The position numbers were made by a program, and so were the translations under genes. 64,000 bases of DNA from Dictyostelium discoideum. Its lineage: Eukaryota. Positions 26,420-43,468 of the stretch are shown here, one piece after another. Positions within the stretch are counted from its first letter, which is position 1. Each line of letters begins with the position of its first letter. The notes beneath the pieces are model-generated. The model had not been told where the DNA came from. It ran no database searches and saw only the letters and a list, made by a program, of their open reading frames with translations. The DNA lies in contig CM000151.3 in NCBI GenBank assembly GCA_000004695.1, positions 4,192,001 to 4,256,000 on the forward strand, written 5' to 3'.

Positions 26420-27304
26420 ATGGTTAAAATTTTACCTTTAGTTTCATTAGTCTTAATTGTATTGTCAGCTGTATGCACAATCATTGGTTTTTCAAGTAGG
26501 CTTTTAATTATAAATTATTAATATTATTATTTTTATTTTTTATTTTTTTAATAATTAATTAATATTAAAATTTTTAAAAAAAAAAAAAAATAATTAAATT
26601 ATTATTTAATTATAGCTTACTGGTATCAAGTAAAGTATGAAGGTGTTAGTGGTTCAACTGTAACAACCTACTATAAGTACAATAAAGTTAAAAGTGTTCT
26701 TTCATTTAATGGAGATGAAGAAACAGATACTTCAAACTATGATGATGTTGATGGTGAATTTTCAGCTCAATTAAAATTCTACAAAGCCGCTTTATCAATG
26801 GATATTTTAGCATTTGTTAATTTATTCTTTTCAGCATGTTATATGGGTATGGCCGCATTTAAAGAAATTTCCCCAGCAAATCAAACTAAATTAAAAAATT
26901 CTCTTAATGGTGCAACTGTATTTTTAATTATTGCAACATTTGTAGTTTTAGGTTTACCAAAAGTATTTATTTAATTTAATTTAATTTTATTTTAATTTAT
27001 TTAATTTATTTTATTTATTTTAAATTTATTAATAATATCATTATTATTATAAATTGAAAAATAGGCAAGTAGAGAGGATTGTGAAGATTATGCAAAAGAT
27101 AGTAGCTTAAATTATACTGGTAGTCAAGTAGATGAAATGTGTGGTGGTGATATTTATAAAAAATTCATTGGAAGTCACACTGATGAAGATGGTTCAAAAT
27201 TATCTTGGGGTCCAACAACTGCTTGGATTGCAATTGTCGTTGGTCTTGGTATTGCATTCTTCAATAATATTTTTGTTTATTGTGGTCCAGTTTTCAGAAG
27301 TTAA
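26420..27304 (+). CDS. Four-transmembrane small membrane protein (~221 aa), 3 exons; tetraspanin-like topology but not a canonical tetraspanin
   Basis: Exons 26420..26495 (MVKILPLVSLVLIVLSAVCTIIGFS; GTAGGC donor), 26616..26962 (ends ...VVLGLPK; GTATTT donor, phase 0) and 27065..27304 (ASREDCEDYAKD...AWIAIVVGLGIAFFNNIFVYCGPVFRS*). Four hydrophobic segments. The loop has Cys but no CCG motif. Confidence 0.55.
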
Positions 27305-27384
27305 ACAAAAATAACAAAAACAATAACAACATTAATAAAAACCAAATATTTCATTTTCTTTTTTTTTTTTTTTTTTAAATTCCA

Positions 27385-27418
<34 letters not shown>

Positions 27419-27820
27419 AATAGTCGATATCAATAATAATTAATTACCCCTTGTATTTTAATTTAAAAAAAAAACAATAAAAAAAATTTTATTTGTTTTA
27501 AATCAGCTTAAGTAAAAAAAAAAAAAAAATAATAAAAAAATAAAAAAAAATAAAACTAAATTAAATAAAAATAATGATATTCATTTTTTAATATCAAAAA
27601 TTTAAAAAAGATAATTTATTACGTTTTAAAAATACAATGACCAATATTGAATAATATTAGATTCTAAAAAAAAATTTGGTAGGAAGAAAAATAATAAAAA
27701 AAAAAAAAAAGTAAAAATTAATTATTGTTATATTTTTAAATGAATAATAACATTCCCACTTATTTTTAATATTTCAACTGTCAATCTCCTTTCAAATACA
27801 ATCATAAATTTGTAAATTAG

Positions 27821-27855
<35 letters not shown>

Positions 27856-28797
27856 TATTTTTAAATTTTAAATCAAAAAACCACACTAAAAAAAAAAAAA
27901 AAAAAAAAAAAAAGGTATCTATTTTTTTTATATTTTTAATGAACCCCATAAAAAAAAAAATAGTAAAATAAAATATTGACACGCCTATTATGGATAGATA
28001 AACAGATTAAAAGAGTAAAATTACTTTTTTTTACTTAATTTTTAATTTATTTCATTATTGGTATATTTCTATCATAAAAAATTATTGCTTTTAATTATTT
28101 TTATTATTATTGTTTATTTTTTTTTTTTTTTTTTTTATTATTATTAATGATAAAAAAAAAAAAAAAAAAAAAAGATTTATATAAAATAAATAATTATTTA
28201 TCATACATTCAATTTTATTAACTTTAAATGTTTGTAAACTATGGTTATATGGATATATTTTTTTTTTTTTTTAGATATTTTTGGATTATGCAAATTTTTA
28301 TTTTTTTTTATTTTTTTTTTTTTTTTATATTTTTTTTTTTTTTACATCAGCCTTTTTATTTGAAAATAATGAACCAATAAAAAAAAAAATAAAAAATAAA
28401 AAAAATAAAAAAATGAAAAACAAAAAAAAAAAAAAATCTTTTGTGGTAATTTGATTGTGAAATTAAAAGAGGCAAGCACCCCCACCACATAATTCAACAC
28501 AGATATATTTAACAATTATTTTTTTTTTTTAAGAACATAAAAAAAAAACACAAACAACAATCAATTTTTTTTTAAAAAAAAAAAAAAAAACAAAAAAAAA
28601 AAAAACAAAACCACATTTTTTTTTTTTTATTTTTTTTTTGTTTTGCATTTTTAATTTGTATTTTTTTAAAGTAATTAACTATAAATAAAATTAATATTAA
28701 TATTTTTATAATTTTTTTTTAAAACAACCACCCTTTCATTCACATCACAATTAAATCTGATATTTTTTAAAAATATACTAAATCGACCAAATCTTGA

Positions 28798-28830
<33 letters not shown>

Positions 28831-29134
28831 TAAAAATAATAATAAAAATAATAATTAGAGTGATAAAAATATTAAAAAAAAAAAATAAATAAAAAATAAA
28901 ATAAAATAAAAATTGTGGTAATAAAATAATAATTGTGTTGAAATTTCTATTTTTAAACAATAAAATAATTTTTTTAAATTCACACCATATTATTAATTTT
29001 AATTAGGAAATAAATAAAAAAAAAAATAAAAAAAATAACAATTAAAAAAAAAAAAAAAAAAAAAAACAATATTAATATTTTTTTTTTTTTAAAAAAAAAA
29101 ATTAAATTAATTTCACAATAGTAGCAACATATAA

Positions 29135-29167
<33 letters not shown>

Positions 29168-29284
29168 ATATATATTTTTTTTATTAAATGAAAATTTTGT
29201 TTGAATAATTAAAAAGAGATTAAACAATTAAAAAAACAAAATAATAATAATAATAAAATAAATAAATAAATTAAATAAAAAAAA

Positions 29285-30274
29285 ATGAAGACTCATAAAA
29301 AAAAGAAGTCATTGGGAGGATTATTTTCACATTCTTCATCTAGTCCAAATTTAAAAAGTTTTTTAACTGAAGAAGTAATACATGAACAACAACAACAACA
29401 ACAACAACATAATAATAATAATAATAATAATAATAATCATCAAAGACAACCATCCACAACATCAACATCATCATATATTGATAGTGCATCATCATCAATT
29501 GAAGAAACTAGTGGTTATTTAAGTAAAACTTCAAGTTCATCATCATTACCATCATCACCATTACATAATCAAAATCAAAATCAAAATGGTAATATTCAAT
29601 TAAATAGTAGTAGTGGATCTTTAAATAATAATGAACAACAACAACAACAACAATCTATATCACAAACATCATCACCAAATACATCATCACCAATAATGGG
29701 TAAAAAGAAACCATCAAGATTAGCACAAGCATTCAAGAGGGTTAAAAATAATGGTAATAATAAATTAAAGAAAGAGATTGAAGAATTAACTAATAAAACT
29801 GGATTAAATCAACAATATACTCATTCAAATTTACCATTCAATGTTGTAGAATCTGATATTGACAATGGTAGTAGTGGTGGTACAACTTCATCCACTGGCA
29901 ATATAATTAGTCATTCTAAAAGTCCATCATCATCATCATCGTCATCGTCATCGAAAAAACATCAAAGAAAATCAAGATTTATTGAACCAATTTCACAATC
30001 AACTGAAGATTATACAGATATACCAAGAATCATTAAAATGTCTGTAGAATATCTATTTGAAAAATGTTTATTAGTACCTGGTATCTTTAGAGAAAGTGCA
30101 AATGCAATGGAATTACAAAGATTATCACAACTATTCGAAAAAGGTGGTGATATAGATTTATCTGAATATACTGATCCTCATTGTATTGGTGGTTTATTAA
30201 AATTATATTTTAGAGAAAAACCAATTCCAATATTTCCATATGATTTACATAAAAGAATTTATTCTGGTAAGTTT

Positions 30275-30309
<35 letters not shown>

Positions 30310-30362
30310 CAAAAAAATTTAATTTTATTAATTATATTTTTTATTTATTTATTTATTTAATT

Positions 30363-30431
<69 letters not shown>

Positions 30432-31274
30432 TTAATTTATTTATTAAAAAAAAAGTATTAAATGAAGAAGATTCAAATATTAAAGTTAAATCATTATTAG
30501 AAAGTGGATTAGGTAAAGGTCAATTTTTAATATTAAGATATTTATTTGAATTATTAAATGCAGTTTCAATCAATTGTAATGTTAATTTTATGAATTATCA
30601 AAATTTAGCAATTTGTTTTGCACCATCTTTAATTCAATCATTTGATTTATCTTGTTATGATGTAATTGAAAGATTAATTGAAAATTATCATTCTATATTT
30701 GGTGTAGTTGTACCTGTTGTTGATAATTCTTCAAATGTTTCTTCATCATCTTTAGCACATCCAATAATTGGTGGTAAATCCGAAACAAATGTTTCTTTAA
30801 ATAATTTAACTGTAACAATATTAGATCATGGTGATATAAATAATAATTCAAATAGTAGTAATAATAATAATAGTTCATCATCATCATCACCATATAAAAA
30901 ATCACCAAAGCCATCACCAAAATCATCACCAAAACTTAATAATAGGAATAGTATTAGTCCAAAATTAAGCTCAAGTACTAGTTTTAGAAAAAGTATCAAT
31001 TTAAGTAGTAATAGTATAATGATTTCAGATGAAGTTCAACAAGAGCAACAGAACCAACAACAACAACAAGATGAACAACAAGATGAACAACAAGATGAAC
31101 AACAAGATGAACAACAAGATGAACAAAATTCAAATAGTACTAGTATTAATACATCAAGTAGTAGTATAACTAGGCCAAGAAAAGGTTCCACTGTACAATA
31201 TTTAAATAGAATTAATACTTGTCGTAGACCAAGTTCTTGGACAAATAATAATAGAATTAAACAACAACAACATC

Positions 31275-31305
<31 letters not shown>

Positions 31306-32495
31306 TCAACAACATCAACAACAACAATCATCTTCATCTGAATCAAATTCAAGCCTTACGTCAAGCCCTCAAAAGAGATTAAATAGTGTAAATGGTTTAG
31401 AATCATATGAAGAGGGTAAAAATGTAAATGAAATTTATTCTTCATTAAAAGAAGAATCTTCAAAACTACCTAAAAAGAGTTCATTAAATCGACAAATGAC
31501 AATTGTAAATAGTAATAATATAGGTAATGGTGATGAAAAGAATAGCGATTGTACAACAAGTGATGAAGATGAAGAATTAAAAATTTCAAAACCAATTATA
31601 AGATCTACAAGTGTTAATGAAATATTAAAAGAAACCAATGATGATAATAATAATAATGATCAAATAAACAATAGTAATAGTAGTAATAATATACCTAAAA
31701 CAACAATCACTACTACTACTAATAATACAACTACTACAAATAATATTTCACCAATAGTTAAATCAAAATCACAAATAATAACATCTTCAGCTAAAGTAAC
31801 ACCAACACCAACTCCAGCACCAATGCAAACGTCATCATTTTTATCAACAAAACAAACAAATTCACCATCATCATCATCATCACCATCATCAACAGTATCA
31901 TCTACATCTTCATCTCCCTCTTCATCCTTATCTTCATCAATTGATAATAAAACAATGTCAAATGTAAACTATAATAGATTTCAACCTGCAAATAGAACTG
32001 TTTCATCACCGAATGTTAGAAACTTTTCAGTTCCTACAACAACTACAACCACTTCTATTGGTTCAAATAGTTTTGTTTCACCAAGATTTATTGGAAAGAG
32101 AACAACTCCAAGTATTTTTTCACCAAGAAAGCAATCCATTTGTAAACCTAAAAATACCACCTCATCATTGAGTAGTTCTTCATCTAATATTTCAAAATCT
32201 ACAAATTCAACTCCAACTCCAACTCCTGCACCAATACTTACTTCAACACTTTCTGTAAATTCTACTTCAAGTAGTAGTAAATTACAAGAGAAAGCATTAC
32301 CAACTAAAACTACATTCATTACACAAACTTCATCACCTTTATTATTACCACAGCCATTAACTTCAACATCAACATCAACATCAACATCAACATCAACATC
32401 AACATCAACATCAACATCAACATCAACTACAATACCAACACCAACACCAACAACATCCTCATTTAAATCAAATTCATTCTCAACCTCAAATGATA

Positions 32496-32579
<84 letters not shown>

Positions 32580-32896
32580 TTACTTCTCCAACTATAGTAT
32601 CTTCACCATCTTCACCAACATCACCAATATCACCAACATCATCAACATTTATAAAAGGTCATTCTCATTCAAATTCATTATCTCAAACTCCATCCTCATC
32701 ATCTTCTTCACTTGGAAATAGATTAACAGCACCAGGAAGACAATTAAATCATACAAATTCTACATCATCTTTAATATCAAAATTTAATCAAATTGATACA
32801 CCTTCAGGAATTAATCAAGGTTGGAAAGGTGGTGTTGTAGTTCAAAAGAAACAAGATCCAGTTAAAAAATCTTTGGCTATTTTTGAAAAAGAATAA
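29285..32896 (+). CDS. RhoGAP domain protein (~1140 aa) with long Ser/Thr/Asn/Gln-rich C-terminus, 2 exons
   Basis: Exon 1 29285..30266. Donor GTAAGT at 30267 (phase 1), acceptor AG at 30454-55, exon 2 30456..32896. The RhoGAP domain spans the intron: ...LLVPGIFRESANAMELQRLSQLFEKGGDIDLSEYTDPHCIGGLLKLYFREKPIPIFPYDL...NYQNLAICFAPSL. It contains the GIFR arginine finger. The intron carries a (TTTA)n repeat. Confidence 0.85.
30340..30445. repeat. (TTTA)n microsatellite inside the RhoGAP intron
   Basis: Direct read. Confidence 0.9.
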
Positions 32897-32972
32897 TACT
32901 ACCTCAACAAATAAATAATTACCATCATAATTGAAAAATAATTATGTTTGGATTGTATAATTAAATTAATTT

Positions 32973-33003
<31 letters not shown>

Positions 33004-33428
33004 TAAAAAGATCTTAGTATAGATATTTTTTTTTTTTTTTTTATTGAATAATCAAATCAAATAATATTATTTTATCTTTGTGAACAAAGAATTAATTTTT
33101 TTATTTTATTTTTATTTTTTTTATTTTTCCTTATTTTTTGAGAGTTTCTGTAAATGTAATAAAAATGTTATGTATAAATTAAAAAGTTATTAAATTTATA
33201 TTTGAAACTAAAAAAAAAAAAAAAAAAAATTAACCACAATAATAATAAAATTATATAACCCCAAAACAAATACAAATTTCTTTCTTCTTTAAGAATTTTT
33301 TTATTTTTTTTAAAATCAATTATTTTGATTATATAAAAAAAAATAAAATTATTTAAACAATTTTTTTTTTTTTTTTTATTATTATTTCTAAAAAAACATT
33401 TTTAAAATATTAAAAAAAAAAAAAAAAA

Positions 33429-34163
33429 ATGAAATTAATAATTTTAGTAATAATATTTTTAAAATTAATATCAATTAATGGATTTGAAAATATTGATGGT
33501 AATAATTTTTTAATTGAAACAGTTGAAACAATTTCATTTAATGGTAATTTTAATTTTTCAAATAAATTTGATAAAATCAATGGTGATAGTAGTATTTGTT
33601 TTTCAGGAGTTGGAGGTGGTTTTAATGTTTTGGAATTTTCGTCGGGTTTAGGAAATTCTGAAATTTTCATTGTAAAAAGTGAAGAAGACTATTACTTTGA
33701 AGAATATGATCACTATGAAACTTGTAAACATCAAATTGGAATTACAGATTTACATGTTAAACCAAATCAAAAATTAAGAAATAAAACTTTTTATTTCTTT
33801 GTACAAGAAGAATATTATTATTCAGGTTGTTTTAATATTTATTTAAAAAATTGTGATATTAAAACAGATCAAAAAAATGATTCAATTTCTTATGAAATTC
33901 AAATTTTAAAAATTCATTCACCTTTAAATATTAGTCATTCAACAATTCCATCATTTCATATTTTCTTCACAATTTTCTTTATTTTAGTTTTTGGTATTTC
34001 AATTTTCCATATTTATATTTTAAAACAAAATAAAATTAATGGTGATATAATTACATTGTTTTCATTTATTTTAATAATATCAATTGTTGGTCATTCAATT
34101 TATCTTTCAAATTGGAATTTTCAACTTAAAAATATGGTGAAATTAATGGTAGAATTTTATTAG
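33429..34163 (+). CDS. N-terminal part of a candidate 7-TM receptor-like protein: signal peptide, ~170-aa Cys-containing ectodomain, TM1-TM2
   Basis: The ORF reads MKLIILVIIFLKLISINGF (signal), then a hydrophilic domain with C..C..C..C, then two hydrophobic helices. It ends at TAG 34161 with no clean in-frame GT donor upstream. Confidence 0.45.
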   Translation: MKLIILVIIFLKLISINGFENIDGNNFLIETVETISFNGNFNFSNKFDKINGDSSICFSGVGGGFNVLEFSSGLGNSEIFIVKSEEDYYFEEYDHYETCKHQIGITDLHVKPNQKLRNKTFYFFVQEEYYYSGCFNIYLKNCDIKTDQKNDSISYEIQILKIHSPLNISHSTIPSFHIFFTIFFILVFGISIFHIYILKQNKINGDIITLFSFILIISIVGHSIYLSNWNFQLKNMVKLMVEFY

Positions 34164-34214
34164 GTAATAGTAAGTTTTTAATTAAATTAAAAAATTATTT
34201 AAAATTATTTAAAA

Positions 34215-34889
34215 TTGTTTTTAAAATTAATTTTAAATAATTTTTTTTTTACTTTTTATTTTTTTTTAGTTTTTACTTTTACATCAAATTCATTATTTTC
34301 ATTATTAATTATAAATATTAGTCAAGGTTGGGGATTAATATCAGATTTTGGTAAACGTTTTGCAATTATTTTTAATTGTGCAATATTTTTTTCAACTGAA
34401 ATATTAGGTTTAAGTGCTTATTTAGTTGAATCAAATAGTCAATTTTATGGTGGTGAATATAGAAATCCATTTAAATCAAATGTTGGTTATGTTTTAATAG
34501 CAATTCAAGGTTTAACAATTTTTTATTTTATTTTTTCAAACAAAATCTTTTCAAATTTGATTTCAACAGATCAATATCAACAATCATTTTTGGTTAAATT
34601 TAAAATAATTTTTTCAATTTGGATAATTTCAATTCCAATTTCAGAAATAATTAGTATTTTCATTGTTGACAATAATTTTAGATTCAGTTTATTTAGTATT
34701 ATTAATGATTCATTTAATTTAATTTTCTATTTATTAATAATTTATATTTATCATCCATGTAAAAGTAATATTTTAGTAAAAAGATTAAATAGTTATTATG
34801 ATGATGGTGATGAATTATCAATTAATCAAAATCAATCACAACAAAAAAGTATTGACGAAATTAATCTTGAAAATTTATATAACAAGTAA
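34215..34889 (+). CDS. C-terminal part of the same candidate 7-TM protein (five further TM helices + acidic tail); true exon probably starts near the TTTTTTTAG acceptor at 34270
   Basis: Same frame (mod 3) as 33429..34163. Five hydrophobic segments. The first 18 codons are AT-rich and intron-like, with a polypyrimidine tract and AG at 34268-69. Confidence 0.45.
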   Translation: MFLKLILNNFFFTFYFFLVFTFTSNSLFSLLIINISQGWGLISDFGKRFAIIFNCAIFFSTEILGLSAYLVESNSQFYGGEYRNPFKSNVGYVLIAIQGLTIFYFIFSNKIFSNLISTDQYQQSFLVKFKIIFSIWIISIPISEIISIFIVDNNFRFSLFSIINDSFNLIFYLLIIYIYHPCKSNILVKRLNSYYDDGDELSINQNQSQQKSIDEINLENLYNK

Positions 34890-35110
34890 AAAATCAATAA
34901 TAATAATAATTTCAATTCAATATGATTTTATTTTTATAAAATTTAATTTTTTTTTTTAATTATTATTCAATAAAAAAAAAAAAAATTATCTTTATTTTTA
35001 AGAGATTGTTTTATTTGTTGGTTTTTTTTTTTTTTTTTTTATTTGGTTTTTTTTTTATTTCTTTTTTTTTTTTTTTATTTTTTTTTTTTATTAAATTGAT
35101 TTTGTTTTTA

Positions 35111-38916
<3,806 letters not shown>

Positions 38917-39289
38917 TAATTATTTTATTTGTGTATATGTGTTTGTGTGTGTGTGTGTATGTGTTTTTGTATACACGTTGAATTGCGATGAAAAGTGTAT
39001 TTTATTTATTTTTTTTATTTTTAGGTAATGTGTTTTAGAAATGTGAGTGTTGTTTTTCTGTTTTTGTTGTCGTTTTTTACTTTCTTTTATATTTATATTC
39101 CCTATTGTATCTGTATTGTTTTTTTTTGTTTTTTTTTTTTGTTTTTTTTGTTGAAAAAAAATAAAAAAATAAATCCAAAACTACTAAAACTTCTTTGAAA
39201 AAAATAAAAAAAAAAAAAAAATGAATATTAATGGAAATAAAAAAAACAATAATAAAAAAAAAATATTTAAAAATAAATGTTAGTTTAAA

Positions 39290-39350
39290 ATCCTTATTAT
39301 TTTTATTATTATTATTTTTATTATTATTATTATTATTTTTATTATTATTA

Positions 39351-39449
<99 letters not shown>

Positions 39450-39451
39450 AG
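39290..39451. repeat. (ATT)n microsatellite in the bre1 upstream region
   Basis: Direct read. It produces the poly-I shadow ORF 39231..39464. Confidence 0.9.
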
Positions 39452-39821
39452 GGTGTTTGAATGAATGAGGGTATGAATACCACTATTTATATTTATATGT
39501 TATTAGTGTTGGAGGTTATTGTTTTTTGTTATTATTATAATAGTGTTTTTACAACTTAGGCGTTATATGTAAATTTCATACATTTGTATATAAATAATAA
39601 CAAAAACAAAAAAATAAAAAAAAAAATGAAAATTTTTCAATCAATGTCGAAAAAAAAAAAAAAAAATTTAAAAAAAAAAAAATTAAAAAAAAAAAATAAA
39701 AAAAAATAAAAATAAATGAAAATAGTAAGTTAATGAGAGAAGAAAAAAAAAAATAGTATGTTAATGAAAGAAGAAAAAAAAAATTTGAATAAAATAAAAA
39801 ATAAAATAAAAGTCAAAGGTG

Positions 39822-39858
<37 letters not shown>

Positions 39859-40210
39859 TAAATTTTTTTTTTTTTTTTTTTTTTTTTGATAAATTTATAC
39901 ACAAAAAAATTGATATTTATAGCTATTGAACAATAATGCAAATTAAGATTTTATATATTAAACAACTTGTATTTGAGGCTTGTCTATGTATTTGAGTTGT
40001 TGTGTTGTTGTTGGTTTTTTTTTTTGTTGTTTTTGAAAAAGGATAAAAAGTGAAAGTTGAAATTATATAAAATAAATTTGATATATAATTTTTTTTTTTA
40101 TAAAAAAAAAAAAAAAAGAAAAGAGAAAAAAGATAAATGTTTAATTTGTTTTTATCTTTTTTTTTTTTTGATTTTCTTCTTTTTTTTTTTTTGTTCACAT
40201 TCTTTTTCTT

Positions 40211-40806
40211 TTAAAAACCATGTATCTTGATAGATGGTTTTTGGGAGATCTTCTCTTCAATTAAAAAGAGAGCGATTTCTTTTCTTTTATCTCCTTGGAG
40301 TTTTATAATCATACCAAGGTTTTCTTCTTCTACTATGTTTCCATTACAATTTAATGATTTCTTAAGATGTTTCAAAATTTTTTTCAAGTCAATCTTAGGT
40401 GGTAATCCTTCTACGGTTGTTACTGCTTTACGGCCGCTTCTTTGGAAAATACGAATATGGACGTAACTGATACCTGAGTCTCCACCTAAATTAGAGTCTT
40501 CAGCAAATGGGTCTATTTTTTTTTTAAAAAAAAAAAAAAAACAAGATTATAAAAAAAAAAAAAAAAAATTAGTAAATATAAAGGAAAATATAAAAATAAA
40601 AAGTAACTATTCTAATTATTATATATATGTATATTTGTTTTAATATTCTCTTATTGGTTTTTTTTTTTTTTTTTCTTTCATATTTTTAAACTTTATTTTC
40701 TAAATATAATGCGGAGAAAAAAAAATAAAATAATAATAATAAATAATTAGATATAGGATTTATTTATTTACTTACCAGCTGAGTTAAGATTTTGAATTGA
40801 GCTCAT
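40211..40806 (-). CDS. Translation initiation factor eIF1 (SUI1), 2 exons, 110 aa
   Basis: Exon 1 40806..40776 reads MSSIQNLNSA+G with a GTAAGT donor. Intron 40775..40513. Exon 2 40512..40211 reads DPFAEDSNLGGDSGISYVHIRIFQRSGRKAVTTVEGLPPKIDLKKILKHLKKSLNCNGNIVEEENLGMIIKLQGDKRKEIALFLIEEKISQKPSIKIHGF*. It is collinear with human eIF1 (MSAIQNLHSFDPFAD...IHIRIQQRNGRKTLTTVQGI...LQGDQRNNICQFL...KVHGF). Confidence 0.9.
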
Positions 40807-41487
40807 ACGAGTAAAATGTGATATAGTAATACTATGGATCTAATAAAAAGTTTAGAGTTGCTCTTTATAACTTTTTTTTTTTGTGCTGAATAATAAAAAA
40901 AATGAAAAAAAAATTTTTTTTTAAAAATAAAAAAAAGAAAAAGAAAAATAAAAAAAAATTTTAAAAAAAAAAATAAAAAAAAAATAAAATAAAAAAAAAA
41001 AAAAAAAAAAAAAATAAAAAAACATAAATTCAAATTTGGAACGGTTGGGGAACTTATAAACTAAAATAGTTTTTTTTTTTTTTTTTTTCTTATATTTTTC
41101 ATGATTTAATATATAAAATATATTTTTTTAATATTATTATTATTTTTAATTATTTTTAATTATTTTAAATTTTTATTTTATTTTATTTATTTGTTTTTTC
41201 CCAAAAATAAATAAATTAAAAAAAATACAAATAAAAAATAAAAACATAAAAAAAAATAAGAAAATAAATAAATGATTATCTTTTTTTTTTTGAGTTAATT
41301 AAAAAAAAAAAAAAATAATGATAATCAGATAATTCTATATTTTTAATTTTTTTATTTTAATTTTTTTTATTTATTTTTAGAATTCTAAAAATAAATAAAA
41401 AAAAAAAAAAAAAAAAAAATTAGATTTATTTTTTTTTTTTATTTTTTTATTTATTTATTTTTTTATTTTTTTATTTATTTTTTAAAT

Positions 41488-42891
41488 TTATTTTTCAATT
41501 CTAAATTTAATTGAATGATCAGATTGTTGAGATGGAATTAATTTAAATGGATGTGATAATTCTTCAGGACCTAATTTTTTACCTTCTTTATAATCAGAGA
41601 CTTCTATACAAGATGAGGTGATTTTACCAGTAAAGGTAGAGATGGCATCATCATAATTTGAGCCCCATGTGATTGTACCTGTGATATTTTCGCCATCACG
41701 TTTCACTACATCCAATTTAAAGTTTTCAATTGAGGTACTTGTACCCTTCCATTGAGAATCTGGTTGTATATTTGTAACGGGTGGGGATTTTGTTAATTTA
41801 AGTTTAAAAGTTGAATCACCAACTTTTCCTATGATTTGGTCACCATAGATGGTGGATTTATAGTCGTTTGGAACCTCTACATCATCTTCACCACTTATGA
41901 TTTCATATTCTTGGAAATTGAATTCACCATTGGTTGCCACTACTTTACCCTTATATTTTGTTTTTGCATAACCTAAATTAATCCAAGTGATTACACCCGA
42001 AACTTCTTCACCATCACCTACAAAATCATCAACTGTCATAACCAATGGATAATGATCATCATCACTTGAACAAACACCTGCCCATTCACTACCTTTAATT
42101 AAAAATCCTGAATTTATTACTAAATTATTTGTTGTACTTGTTGAATTATTTTTTGATTTTGATTTTGGTGATGTTGCTGTAGCTGTACCTGTATTTGTAG
42201 TAGTAGTAGTAGCTGTAGTAGCTGTAGTAGTATTTGTTGGTATTGCAACAACTGGTGCAGTTTCTATTAAAAATAATAATAATAATAATTAGTAATTTAA
42301 TCTTTAAATTTTATATATATATATTTTTTTTTTATTACATACTTTGACCAACTAAGAAAGCAGTATGATCAACTAATTTTTTAGATTTAATACAAGAATC
42401 AATCCAAGTTGATTCAACACAAATAATTTTTAAACCTTCTGCTTTTGAAATGATATCATTAAATGTTTTATAATCATCTTTTAGATCAGATGGTTTCAAG
42501 ATGAGATAATCAGTTTTCTTTGTCATTGTATCAACTGATTTACCACCACAAATCTTAATTATACCTTTAATTTCATTTGTTTTAGTCTTTTGACTTGTAT
42601 TACTATAAAATGCAAATTGAAGATCATCAAAAAATGATGTTGTTGTATTTGCTTTAGTTCTTTTAACTGCACGACGCTAAATAAATAAAAAAAAAAAAAA
42701 AAAAAAAAACAATCAATATTAAAAAACTAATAATAATAATAATAATAATAAAAATACAAATAATAAAAATACCTTCATAGCATCATCAAATCTTCTTTGA
42801 ATACCAACTAAATCTGGATCATTGATTGAATTTGTAAAATTTGAAAGAATCTATTATTTGAATTTATAATTATTATTATTAGTATGGGAAA

Positions 42892-42954
<63 letters not shown>

Positions 42955-43149
42955 AGTAAATTAAATACATACATCAGCAATTGGCATAATTTCAATATAT
43001 CTTTCATTGTCAACTTTAATTTTTTTATTTCCAATTGTTGCCAATGATGAATTGAATGACTTTTCAAATCCATCTAATAATGATGAATCATAAGGTTTCC
43101 AAGCATCACCATCTAAATAATACCAAATATAAGCATTTGCATGACTCAT
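41488..43149 (-). CDS. WWE domain + BRCT domain protein with an unrecognised, internally duplicated C-terminal domain (~454 aa), 4 exons
   Basis: Exons 43149..42973 (MSHANAYIWYYLDGDAWKPYDSSLLDGFEKSF...ERYIEIMPIAD is WWE; GTATGT donor), 42850..42773, 42676..42343 (BRCT: KGIIKICGGKSVDTMTKKTDYLILKPSDLKDDYKTFNDIISKAEGLKIICVESTWIDSCIKSKKLVD) and 42263..41488. The C-terminus contains two ITW-centred repeats (SGVITWINLGYAKTKYKGKVVATNGEFNFQEY and TGTITWGSNYDDAISTFTGKITSSCIEVSDY). No PARP HGS/Y/E catalytic triad is visible. Confidence 0.6.
42885..42955. repeat. (AAAT)n microsatellite in intron 1 of the WWE-BRCT gene
   Basis: Direct read. Confidence 0.9.
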
Positions 43150-43320
43150 TTTCTAATTTTTTTTTATTCTTTATTTTTTATTTAATATACAAATGACTAT
43201 TGTTAAAATTAATAAGAAAAAAAAAAAAACAATTAAAAAAAAAAAAAAAAAAAAGTTTGAAATTAAAAAAAAAAAAAAAAAAAAATTGTTTTGATATTTT
43301 CAAAAAAAAATATTTTTTCT

Positions 43321-43364
<44 letters not shown>

Positions 43365-43383
43365 ATCATATTCCCAAATCACC

Positions 43384-43427
<44 letters not shown>

Positions 43428-43468
43428 AACAACTTTTAGATTGATTTTATTATTTTTTTTATAAAGAT

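Noticed and set aside
30693-32319. Minus-strand ORFs inside the RhoGAP gene (30693..30932, 31435..31638, 31981..32319) and the plus ORF 30240..30461
   Set aside because: They are antisense or intronic shadows of the RhoGAP gene. The plus ORF is a translation of the (TTTA)n intron repeat.
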